Source: Octopus sinensis (taxonomy: Eukaryota). Taken from it: a stretch of 64,000 bases of DNA. The notes beneath the pieces are model-generated. The model ran no database searches. It had not been told where the DNA came from and saw only the letters and a list, made by a program, of their open reading frames with translations. Made by a program: the position numbers and the translations under genes. This document shows positions 37,441-50,040 of this stretch, piece by piece (the stretch's first letter is position 1; each line of letters opens with the position of its first letter). The DNA is taken from assembly GCF_006345805.1 (NCBI RefSeq), contig NC_043000.1, positions 58,466,001 to 58,530,000 of the forward strand, in the 5' to 3' direction.

Positions 37441-38790
37441 ATAAAAGATGGAAGTGGAAATAGCACAGAAGTAAGTCTAAGACATTTCAATTTAAGAGGG
37501 AATTTAATAAAAACAATTTATAAAGAAAATATTACCGGTTTCGAGGTATCTCATTTTATCAAATATCAGTAAAAATTTTTTAAAAATTTGAAGTAAAAGC
37601 AGTTTATCGTCTGTCTGGCGGTCAAGTATATGTCTGGAGATTTTTCGTTGAAGTCTTCTTTAAATATAGTTTGGTATAGAGTTCAAAGTGTTAGAGAGTG
37701 AGAGAAGGGATGTCTATTGTCTAAAAGAAATCTTTGTGTTTCTGCCACCTCTGTGTGTGTGTGTATTGTGTTGAATGTCTTTTCAATATGTTTTGAGAAG
37801 TGACCAGCTGTGAGTTGATGGGTGTGTATGTTGTGATCTACGTAATCACATGCAATGGTTGCCAACATAATTACATAGGTCAGACGGGCGGATCGTTACG
37901 CAACAGAATGACGACCCATTGCCAATAGATTCAAGACAAAATGTACAAGGAAAATTCCCCTAAGCAGTCACATTACAATCTGTGCAGGAATGGTTTTAGC
38001 AAATTTCAAAATATTTCCTCTCTACAAGTGCTCAGATTCCTTCAAACAACAATAAAGACTGAATAAAGAAAGACAATTGATCAACATGTATAAACCACAA
38101 TTAAATATAGACCCAACCACAAGCAATAAATAAGAACAGACACTTAAAAGCAATTTTACACATATTATCATTTTGAAAAATACTTCCCATCATTTCCTAA
38201 ATCCTTTTTCCGATATTCATATATGCCAGCACACACACACACAAAAACACAGTCACACGCACAAAGACACACACACACACATACACACAGCTAGTGATCA
38301 CACACATACACGCAGGAGGAGACACTCAAAAGAGTGCATCTAACCCAACGAAAAATCCTAATTCTTTCTTCAACAAGACGTACTTCACAACACACCCATA
38401 ACTCAAAACTGGTCATTTTTCAAATCATCTTGAAAGGACTTTCAACACAACACAGCACAACACACACACACAGGTGGACATAAAACCCACTTAATAAATG
38501 CCTTTTTAGCCACTCCCTAAACACCCCTTCTCTGACTCTCTAACACTTTGAACTCTATACCAAACTATATTTAAAGATTTCAATGAAAAATCTCCAGACA
38601 TGTACTTGACCGCCAGACAGAAGATAAACTGTTTTTACTTCAAATTTAAAAAAAATTTTACTGATATTTGATAAGATGAGATACATCGAAACCGGTAATA
38701 TTTTCTAGATATAATTTTTTTTATTAAATTCCCTCTTAAATTGAAATATCTTAGACTTACTTCTGTACTATTTCCACCTCCATCTTTTCT
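37441..38790 (+). mobile_element. Penelope-like element relic: GIY-YIG fragment with an inverted copy of its 3' end
   Basis: From 37836: IYVITCNGCQHNYIGQTGGSLRNRMTTH, then RLNKERQLINMYKPQLN after stops and frameshifts. 37441-37845 is an inverted copy of 38375-38790. Confidence 0.85.
38663..38702 (+). ncRNA. Minimal type I hammerhead ribozyme candidate, U3-A8 core
   Basis: GAUAU-UUGAUAA-GAUG(AGAUA)CAUC-GAA-ACCGGU-A-AUAUU: stem I 5 bp, stem II 4 bp, palindromic stem III, GUA site, in the Penelope 3' UTR in sense orientation. Confidence 0.65.
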
Positions 38791-38834
38791 ATATAAAAAT
38801 CTGATTTGTATGGATCTCTAAGCTTTTTACAACT

Positions 38835-39240
<406 letters not shown>

Positions 39241-39874
39241 CTATATTATCTATATGTCACAATATATGGATTCAAGTAATCCGGTAGTACTCATAAGAAA
39301 AGGGATCTAGTTTTTTTTTCATTCGCAAACTATGCATTTTTTAAAAGACAGTAAAAAATCAGAAAATCGGCTATAATAGTAAAGTTTTCCAATCTAATTG
39401 CTTTGAAGGTATGGTGAGGTATGATGTGGTCGAGAAAAATAATTGAAGGAAAAAGTATACAGAGGTTTAAAAATCGAAAAAAACTGTATTTATAGCCAAC
39501 AGCGAGACTGAAATTTTCTGCGTTTAGCAGAACGGTGTCAACTTTAAGGTTGTACCCTGTGAAATTTATAGTTTAGCGTCTGTGAAATGTAGGTTTCTAA
39601 ATAAACAGAAATACCTGATAAAATCAACATGTATCATATTACTGTTTCTTTTGTCTCTTCATTGATGGTATGATTTTTTTTTAAATTTGTAATATTAATA
39701 GATTTGTCTACATATGTTTACTTTATACGTATTTCAGTATTATGATTGCCTCTCATCCTTAATATATAAGTACGTGCGTGTGTGTGTGTGTATTTGGTGG
39801 GGGGGGGGGGGGCGTCTGTCTCCAAAACTTCAAATCTGAGGAAAGTTTTCCTGCTTAGATTTGTAACTCTCTCT

Positions 39875-40077
39875 CTCTTTTACTCTTTTACTTGTTTCAG
39901 TCATTTGACTGCGGCCATGCTGGAGCACCGCCTTTAATAGAGCAACTCGACCCCGGGACTTATTCTTTGTAAGCCCAGTACTTTTGCCGAACTGCTAAGT
40001 GACGGGGACATAAACACACCAGCATAGGTTCTCAAGCGATGTTGGATGGGACAAACACAGACACACAAACATACACG

Positions 40078-40113
<36 letters not shown>

Positions 40114-40232
40114 CATACATACATACGACGGACTTCTTTCAGTTTCCGTCTACCAAATCCACTCACAAGGCTTTGGTCGGCCCGAGGCTACAATAGAAGA
40201 CACTTGCCCAAGGTGCCACGCAGTGGGACCAC
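39875..40232 (-). mobile_element. Family A SINE, CpG-intact copy
   Basis: Reverse complement of 7021-7428, from the tail (CTCTTTTACTTGTTTCAGTC) to ...GTGCCACGCAGTGGGAC. Confidence 0.75.
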
Positions 40233-40411
40233 ACAGCCACTCCTGCGCCTATAACTACGATAAGAATAACATTAGCCAATGAAAAATTTGTCCCAAGAAA
40301 AAGAATGCCTGTATCCTATGTTTTTGCATACAGCATTCAAAAATAATGTCACAAACACATATATACATACATACATACATACATACATACATACATACAT
40401 ACATACATACA

Positions 40412-40442
<31 letters not shown>

Positions 40443-41125
40443 TAGCTGAATTCTGCTTTACGCACGCCATATAAACCCTCATAACTTTCTTATTATTTGG
40501 AATTTTCAGAAAATGTTTGCAGCTGACAACACGTGCTGTCATGCACAAAATGACAGCTTCCAAATCCTGTTTTCTGACTGGGTAAAAATGATCAAAATTT
40601 AGACTTCTGTAACATTAAAAAAAAAATAATGATAATTCTGGACAAAGGGAATAGTTTCTGAGATTCAGCGTCGAAGATTATTACATCAATACCCCAATTT
40701 AAAATACATCAAATTTTAAAATTTTAACTAAACTTTAAGATTTCCACAGGTGCAGTCAAACAGAAAAGATCCCGACATTGGTCAAGTCAATGAGAAAGCT
40801 ACTGTAAGATCACATAATTTGGAAAAAATTCTCTATTATCTTAAAAAAGAATATTGTGCAAGATACAGGATGCTTAAAAGAAAAAGACGGCTGGAACGTC
40901 GTCGTCGTCCTCCTCCTCCTCCTCCACCACCACCACCACCACTACCCCACCACCTCCACCCTTTCACTCCCTCCTCTGACCCAACCTCTTTCTCCCCCTT
41001 CACCCTTCCTCTCGCGCTGCCATCACTCCTTCACCTCTCCGTCTCTTCCTCTTATTCAACCTCTTTCTCCTTCTCCTCCTCCTCTCCGGCATCATAAACA
41101 TCATCATCAACAACATCACCGTCGT

Positions 41126-41156
<31 letters not shown>

Positions 41157-41169
41157 ATCCTGATGAAGA

Positions 41170-41400
41170 AGGATGATAAGAAATGTTCCAGCCGAAATGC
41201 GTAGCCGTATTTCGTCTGCCGTTACGTTCTGAGTTCAAATTCCGCCAAGGTCGACTTTGCCTTTCATCCTTTCGGGCTCGATTAAATAAGTACCAGTTAC
41301 GCACTGGGGTCGATGTAATCGACTTAATCCCTTTGCCTGTCCTTGTTTGTCCCCTCTGTGTGTAGCCCCTTGTGGGCAATAAAGAAATAAGAAATAAGAA
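41170..41400 (+). mobile_element. Family B SINE
   Basis: B-box-like GAGTTCAAATTCC followed by GTCGACTTTGCCTTTCATCCTTTCGG. Confidence 0.7.
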
Positions 41401-41439
41401 ATATTAGCTACACAGGTGGTATGAATATCATCGGCGAGC

Positions 41440-42170
41440 TATTCGCTTACTTCCAATTAGCAGATGATTCGTACTCATCGCCCAAACCACAGGTCAGCAG
41501 CAAACCATGCTGACAAAGTTGGGTACCCATAGCTCATCCGTAGGCCTTAAAACGATCTGTATGATAACAAAATACATGCAGTCCGGAAACGTAGCACAAA
41601 GCCAAATAAAGATGGAAAGCAATAAATCGAGAAGGTAAAGGAGAACATCCAGATGGGGAACATGATGGATATGCACCGAAACATGGATGCTGAACTCTCG
41701 AAGAGAATAAGGGCAGGGTAAAAGGTATTTACTTCAATAAAAGATTTGCTCAAAACAAAACTCAACAAGATCATACGTGTCAAACTTTGCAATAGCACCA
41801 TGCTACATACGCTCTTATACACATGTGAGATGTGGGTTATTACAAAGAAAGAATAACATTGATTGGTTATGACGCAAAGAGCCATGGAAATATATATTCT
41901 AGGAATATCATTACGAGAGCGTATCCAAAAGCAGATAATTCGAAAACGGTGCACAGATTACGGAAATACAAGTTCTGATGGGTTGGATATGTTGCAAGGT
42001 TCACAGACAACAGGCGGACTTGTGCTGTTACCGAGTGGTATCCAAGACATCGGAAAAGACCACTCGGAATGCCTCCATGACGATGGGAGAACGCTTTTGT
42101 TAAACGATTTGGGCCAAGATGGTAAAGAACGGCGCAATCAAGAAAGAACTGGAAGAGCATTGTGACCAGT
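41440..42170 (+). mobile_element. Decayed RTE-1-like LINE, C-terminal part
   Basis: Frames give ELSKRIRAG, LLYTCEMW, TQRAMEIYILGISLRERI, VGYVARFTDNR and WYPRHRKRPLG. Confidence 0.75.
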
Positions 42171-43618
42171 GACGTATAACAACATCCGATAGCCTGATCA
42201 ATACAATGGTGCAGTAATTTTTTTTTAATGTAGGGTGTAATTTGAGAGATTTGACTGTTATTTGTAGACAATCAAGCGAAATCGTTGAGGCTCTCCATTG
42301 GCTTGTGAATGGTTGAAAGCTCTCTTACTGGCTTCACTAGTGCCATATTGTTGTCATTGTTTTTTTCTGCTGCTGCAGTTCTTGTTATTGTTGTTTAGTT
42401 AGAAGACAGTCTTAATCGAATAGACCTAAGATTAAAGCCATTCCAACCATGTCCATCCCGTTCTTTTCTAGACACAGTGTAGTAAGATCAACTTTTAACG
42501 CCAGGGAGTGGTTTTATAGAGGCGTGGTTGCTATTTCTAGCAAATTACCAAGTTAAGTGATTATGTAGTGTTTTTTTCGTTGGCTTGACCTGTCTTATGT
42601 TGTAACTAATCCCATAATACTTATCTTTGAAAAACAGAATCCTCATACTTTTAAGTATTTAAGTGTGTCTCGCAGGAAATCCCGGTCATAAACTACATCT
42701 GTGGTGTTAGAATTATAAGTCCCATTCAAGTAGTTGCGAAAAAAACAACACAAACACCTCCGCCCACAAAAAAAAAGGACCAAACAGACAGAAAAGTCAA
42801 TTACAACACTTATGAGTTGTTCGCATGCTTGAATAAATCGGAGTAATGTTGTTTGTTCTGTCTTCTTTTCCATTTTGGTGAAGATCCCAATTTTGAAATA
42901 AGGTCGGTTAAAGTTCTCGAATGACATTAGTTATAACATTGCACTGTGTGTGTGTGTGGGGGGGTACGTGTCCGTCCGTGTGCACGCATGCAAGTATATG
43001 TACACGGACACAATCACAAAAACACACATACGCACGTATAAATTATATTTTGTGTGAGAGGGTGCATGCCTTATTGGTTAGGGTGTTGCATTCACGATCT
43101 TATCGATCGCGATTTCAGTTCTTAGACCGGGTGGTGCGTTGCCTTCTTCAGCAAAAACATTCACCTCACATTGTTCTGCAATCACTTATGTATTGTGTAC
43201 CTAATGCGTGGTACACAATACACCTCTGACAACGGCGATTTGATGGAGAGAGTGAGCTAAAATGCAGCACGAACATTTGATTACTATGAACAAATCATTT
43301 GTGCAGGTCGTTCGGCAAAGGGATGAATGGTCATATGTCGTCTTCGACGGGAAAATCCATCTTATTCTTTTACTTATTCCATTCACTTGGCTGCAACCAT
43401 GCTGGAGCACCGCCCTAAAGGGTTTTAGGTGAAGAAATCGACCCCAGGACTCATTCTTTGCATGCCTAGTATTTATTCTATCACTTCTTTTACCGAACCG
43501 CTAAGCTACAGGGACGTAAACACACCAACATCGGTTGTCAACCGATAGTGAGAGGGGAGCAAACACAGACACAGATACACACACACATACACACACAATC
43601 AGATGTATGAATATATGA

Positions 43619-43649
<31 letters not shown>

Positions 43650-44003
43650 TGTATGTATGTATGTATGACATGACTAGTGCTCTCTTGCAGGGAAACTCCA
43701 CGCATTTTGCGAACGTAGTCCAATCAATCAAAGATAAAAGAATCGAAACAATTACGACCTGTTGATATCGGTTTAGATCCTATGCAGGAATTTCAAAGAT
43801 GATTCTCGTGGTGCATGTTAGATACAGTTGACTTCAACAAAAATATCGCTAGCTGAAAAACACAATGATCACCATTTACACAGCTCCTATCGTTAAAGTC
43901 GTATTTTCTCAATTCTCAGAATTGTACAGTCTGCTGCAGGGCGATCTGGACGAAACTGTAGTTTGGAGATACAATGTATGTCTGTTTTACAGTTTTACAT
44001 GTA

Positions 44004-44884
44004 CGAAGGGATACCCAAAAATAACCAGAAATGTTCTCTGTGGGACAAGCCCATTGTAGTTCGGCTTCTGCTGCTAGAAGCCACTTAATGCGACCCTCAA
44101 ACATCAGTCTGCCGACCGGCGTTGTCCCTTGGGGCTATACAGTCACGTGGTACGTCTTTGTTTTGCAATGTTTCTGTCCTGTTCATCGATTTTTGCGATG
44201 GCTGAAACGAAGTAACAGCGTGCTTCCGCGAAATTCTGTTTTCTGCTGGGGAAAACAGCGGCCGAAACAGTTGTCATGCTTCTCACAGCTTACAAGAACG
44301 CTGCCATGAGCAAAACACAAGTTTACGAGTGGTTTTCACGCTTTAGGAATGGTCACTTGTCACTTGCAGACCGACTTCCCGAACGAATGAAAACATGAAA
44401 ATTCATGAACTGATCTTGGAGGGCCGTCACCGAACAATTGATGAATTTGTTGATTTGACTGGTGTGTCCTGGAGCTCCTGCCAACGAATTTTGAGCAAGG
44501 AATTGTGAATGAAAAGAGTTGCAGCAAAATGTGTGCCTCGCTTGCTCACAGAAGATCAAAAGCAGTCACGACTGAATGCGTGTCGTGGACTGAAAGAACA
44601 GTTGGAAGTTGATCCAGATCTTTTTTCGAAGGACATCACTGATGACGAAAACTGATGCTACGGAATTTGCAGATGTGGAAGAGGTGAAGAAAAAAAAAAC
44701 GACGGAGGTGTTAAAAAGCATCACTTTGCAAGAGTTACAACACTGCTTCGAACAGGGGAAAACGCATCTGTACCGATGCATTGCTTCAAATGGAGAATAC
44801 TCTGAAGGTGATCAAAGTGTAAATATGTAAATTAAGTGAATAAAATGATATTGCAAAATTCCAGTTTCTATTGGGTACCTCCTA
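44004..44884 (+). mobile_element. Internally deleted mariner element
   Basis: TA then imperfect TIR CGAAGGGATACCC / GGGTACCTCC. N-terminus KFCFLLGKTAAETV...QVYEWFSRFRNG and ITDDET jump directly to the C-terminal FADVEEVKKKT...YRCIASNGEYSEGD. Confidence 0.85.
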
Positions 44885-45780
44885 AATTAACATATTTGAA
44901 ATTCTACTCACTTCAATTAAATATTTTAAATTTTGTCATACAAAACAAAAAAAAAAAAAAGAAACGAAATATATAAACTTACATATCATGGGAGTAGAGG
45001 TGAATCTACGACACACCACGGATTCTTAGGTGGCACGTGATGGACTTTCAAGAAGTTTCTCGCAATATACCCTTATAAAAAACGTTGCCTAAAAATAACA
45101 TACTGAGCTTAAAATGCTTACCTTCATTGTGGTAGGGTCTCATACATGTAATATGAGAAGCTGAAAAGCTTCGATTAGTTCAGATTATAAATGCACTAGT
45201 AAACATAAAGTCTTTTTAACGGAAATTCGATATCAGATAATTCCCGAAATACTAGGGTTTTTTTGCGATATGGAACGGCCATCTAGGAGTCCTAAATGAC
45301 AGACTATTGATGAAAATCACATTAACAGTCTATCAACGATTGATGAAGTATAGCTCATTAAGGAAAGAAAGAACACACTGGACAATGTTACCTTAGATAT
45401 ACGATTCACAGTTCAGAGAGGAACTGCAGAATAGTGACATGCGTTGTGTCTAATAGCTACCAAACAACAGCAGCAAAAGTGAAAGTAGAACTAAGTCCCC
45501 GCCTTGTCATCCAAACCTCTCCTATCCCCAATCAATATTGATAAACAGAAAAAAAATAGTGTGAGACTATTGAAATAATGTCATCTCTGATGAATCTTTA
45601 TAGACCCTTCTTCCTACTTTAGGGTAGACAACCAAAAGAAGCCTTCAATCTTGACTGTTGGACTCCGCCTACCGGGGAGCATGAAGGTGTCTCTCTGATG
45701 ATTTGAGTAGCTATAGTACAGAAATTCTCTCAGCCAATTAGTTGTTCTACAATGTCACAATTAACATCAATGATTATTTG

Positions 45781-46205
45781 AGTAAATTGGTCGGTCATAT
45801 TTATTCCATGGTACAAACATTGTCCCTTGATGGGAGCGAAATCTTCCAAGACGATAATCCACCGATTCACACGGTTAATGTTTTTTAAAATTTATTAGAA
45901 AAGCACATAAGTGAAGTGGGCCTCTTGGTTTGGTCCCGCAATCACCGGATCTGAATATAATCGAACACTTACGGAGTATTTTGAATCAGCAAGTGAGAAG
46001 CAGCACCCATATACCATCGCCACTGAAAGAGCTAAAGCAGGTTTTACTTGAAGAATGTCTAAAAATTCCTCTAACAACCTTTCAGAACCTGCACAAGTCA
46101 TTTCCTCGACGTATTAAAGCTGTGACTGATGTCTAAGATGCACCAACTCTATTTAATAAAACTTTCAGTTAACAAAGTGCTCCCGTTATCTTGTTCAACA
46201 ACTGC
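45781..46205 (+). mobile_element. Tc1-like transposase 3' fragment
   Basis: IFQDDNPPIHT and PQSPDLNIIEHL...SFPRRIKAV motifs, frameshifted. Confidence 0.8.
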
Positions 46206-46514
46206 ATGTATGTATGTATTATTCCTGAAAGAAGGAGAAAAAAAAACGGGATAGTTTCAGCAGGAGTGCCTTTGATAATTGGCTTGTTAATCTGGGAAAA
46301 AATCTCTAAATAAAAGGTAATCCTTCAATAAGTGTTCTATGGTTTGACAGAATTAGATCAAAAGAAGAGCAACAGTCTCCGGTTTGTAATGCTATCTAAC
46401 CGAAGTATTTTGTGCGTAACTTAAGCACCAGAAGCAAGTGTTATACTTGTTCGTTTAAGTGATATTTTCTCTCGAGATTGTGAGTTGTTTTTCCTGCTCT
46501 TAATCCATGGTCTG

Positions 46515-46545
<31 letters not shown>

Positions 46546-46650
46546 TGTATGTATGTATGTATGTATGTATGTATGTACACGTACACACGCGTGCGCACGC
46601 ACACACACACACACACACACACAAACACTCACACACACACACACACACAA

Positions 46651-46729
<79 letters not shown>

Positions 46730-47256
46730 AGCAAAAAGTAATATAAATTTAATGCCGCTAGCCTAAAGTTTATTAGGCCTACGCTTTCGAAAACAAACAA
46801 ATGCAAATGCGTCTTGATACTCTCGCACACAGAAAAAGAAAGGAGTCTGTCATGACAAGTGTTTTCATGGCTGATTGGCTACTTTTCGGAAGAAGAGAAT
46901 TTAATAGAAGAGAATTTAATAAAAGTACCTATTTAAACCACACGCAAACTAGGACCCAGCTGAAAAGGTTATACCAATTTACGTATCGGCGGCGTGATTA
47001 AATAATTACAGTTTTATCAGAACTCCTCAGCAAAACATTTTCTACATAGTTGTCGAGACTTCGAAGTTATGCAAAAGTGTAAAAATAGAGGGAAAATAGA
47101 GAGTATGAATATGAATATTAGGAATTTGGAGGATGGAAAGTGCATCGGCGGGTGCTGGGTATTCTGCATGATAATTCAAATACAACTACAACAGGGTCTT
47201 CCTCTGGGGTGATGATAACTCATGTATTTAGTGCACAGAACGCCACTCCAGAATAT

Positions 47257-48087
47257 GGATCTTTTCGGTTTGAACGGCAGTTTTTTAAAATAATTTCTAT
47301 GTAACTAAACACTTTTAAACTTCGTATACTGGTAGAATGTGTTTATAAAACATCTTTTTCTCTTGGCTTTCTTGAGAAAATTCTGTAGTTTGTAAGATAT
47401 TTGTAAGATATTTTCTTCAATTTCGGCAATTTCAACCAATCAATGACGTCTATTGAGGTGAAAACATTATCTGGCGGTGAAATATGAAATTTTCTGGCGG
47501 TGAAATATGAAATTTTCTGGCGGTGAAATATGAAAATGTCCCTCGTTTAAGAAACAGATTGGGTTTATTTACATTTTTGAAGAAAAAAAGATACCCTTCC
47601 CCCCACCCCTAACCCTAACCTAAACCCTAACCCTAACCTTAACCCTAACCCTAACCCAACTCCGAACCCTAACTCTAATCCTAACCCTAAAACAGATTGA
47701 AATGCAATAGATCGATACTAGGGTCATAATTATGGATGGACACTAAAGAGGGAACGGTTTTGTTATCCAACTCTGTTTACGAGTGACCCCTCAGTTTATG
47801 GCCACAGTGTATCTTTTTTCTCATAAAAAAACAGGGACATTTTCATATGACGCCGCCATAAAATGTTACGGCAGAAATCGTTTTCACCTCAATAGACGTC
47901 ATTGATTGGTTGAAATTGCCGAAATGCAAGAAATTAAAGACCAAATATCTTACAAACTATAGAATTTTCTCAAGAAAGCCAAGAGAAAAAATGTTTTATA
48001 AACACATTCTACCAGTATACGAAGTTTAAAATTTTTTAGTTACATAGAAATTATTTTAAAAAACTGCCGTTCAAACCGAAAAGATCC
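47257..48087. mobile_element. Merlin-like non-autonomous DNA transposon (831 bp) with internal (CCCTAA)n
   Basis: TIRs begin GGATCTTTTCGGTTTGAACGGCAG and extend over 200 bp. Exact 8-bp TSD CAGAATAT at 47249-56 and 48088-95. GG termini with an 8-bp TSD fit Merlin (hAT also makes 8-bp TSDs). Confidence 0.8.
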
Positions 48088-50040
48088 CAGAATATTTACA
48101 ACCAGCCATATAGCTGATATCTCTTATTAATTTACTACATTTCCTCAATTGGCTTCCTTTCTGTCATCAGAATATGGCTTACTTAGGTTCTTTCTGGCCT
48201 TATATAGTTTTTGGCAGGTTGTTCCTTTGACAGAATAAAGTGTGATGTAGCTGATAGTGGAAGTGATTGTGTAGGAAGAGGAATAAAAAAGAGTGTAACG
48301 TAGACTCGGGTGACATTCCTCTCTCCCATTTATTATATATAGGTGCATTCGAATGTAGCAGGGAACAGCTAGCCTTTGACCACTAATTTGGATCACGTTG
48401 TGTCCACTACTCTGATTGGTTGGTATTGGCGCAATTGTCAATTAGTCTCTTACTCTTAGCGCAATTTGTCTCTTACTCGGTTGTGCCAACCTTCCGCGGA
48501 TAACCAGTCAGAGGCTCTAAATAGGATCACATGGGACAGCCTGTTCACTGCCCTGCTTTAGCCTACAGCTCCATATAAAAACTCGGCTTTTCCTCGTTCC
48601 GGTGTCTTTGGTTCCAGACCTTTTAAGCTCTAGCCACTGACCACAAAGACACAGCCAGTTCCAGCGACAACATTACCTCAGCAACTACGTTGAGACATAC
48701 CAGCTTCGTCACCATGACATTCAACGAATAGCCTCCTTCGTCGCCACCAGCATGTCCTTCTTAACGTCGTCAACATCATCTCTCTACGTACACATCTCAG
48801 CAAGCAATTCACCCAGGTTCCAACAGTTCACTGTTCGTGAATTATTTCCCTACGGATCAACAGCGAATATACAACCTGCATGAACTCCAGTACAAGTGAC
48901 CCAGGCAGCAGCATCACAGCCACGACTTCACGTACAACATGTACCTGTTCAGCATCATTGCCGCAACTTCTCGCTACAGTATTTCAGCTACCGTGTACAA
49001 CTGACTACGAACTGGTATTATTATCTTTCTGGTGTCTATGAGCTTACTTCTCACTTCGATGGCTATAGACCCTTTCACTGTCATCTTCATTGCCATCCTT
49101 AATTGTACTTATCACGGGATACATCTATGCCTACACACACACATACATTTTGTTCTCATGACAGCATGTCAATTTCTGTATACATGACGCACACACAGAC
49201 ACACATGTTATCATATCAATAGATGTTCTTTTAATCATTCTTACGCGGTTGTGTCTCTTTCCATCTGTATATTTGTTCTATTCAATTTCTCTTTATTGTA
49301 ACGATCGCGTGATGTGGTACAAAAGAACCATTCTCGTCACCTCATATCTGAAAGAAGCCCGTCGTATGTGTGAGTGAATGTATGAGAGAAAGATACGGTA
49401 GAAACAGTTATTCTAGTTTGGGAGTGAATTTTGTTGTAGTTTAGGGTTCAGTGAGTGTGAAAAGTGAAGGAGTCAAATGACATGTAGTACTCAAGTCACG
49501 ATTTATGTTGGTTGATGTTTTTCTTGTGATTCATTTTCTTTGTATATAAAGTTGATCCTATTGATATCTTAAGATTCACAAAAGCATGTTTAAATATAAT
49601 ACTATTCAATCAGCAACACATCATTGGTCTAGTGTTAATAGATTCCTTTTGAGAAATTCTGAACTGGATATTTTAGAAATGTTAGGATTGGAAACATTAC
49701 GTTATTGTAAAATATTTATAGAGGAATTCTAATCTCTGTTTCTTTTGTGGCTATTTGTAAATATATAAATGTAAACAAATGCATGCACATGTCTGCTGAA
49801 TGCCCCACTGAAATATTTTCCATCACTTATACTGTTGATATTCCTATGTATGTATGTATGTATGTATGTATGTATGTATGTGTGTGTGTGTGTATGTGTG
49901 TGTGTGTGTGTGTGTGTGTATTATGAATATATGTATGCGCGCACAGGCACACTTAGGTACACATGCAATTATGTCCATCAGACAGCTATCTTTTTTGATA
50001 CACACAAGTTACTATGGTTATATATATATATATATATATA

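Noticed and set aside
40750-41176. Pro/His-rich ORFs
   Set aside because: Trinucleotide (CCT/CAC/CAT) microsatellite; no splice or domain support.
47608-47690. True telomere or chromosome fusion site
   Set aside because: Short, imperfect, single orientation and enclosed by transposon TIRs with a TSD.
48294-48978. Possible solo LTR (TGTAACG start, TATAAAAA at 48574, CGCTACA end)
   Set aside because: No target-site duplication, no PBS or PPT and no second copy.
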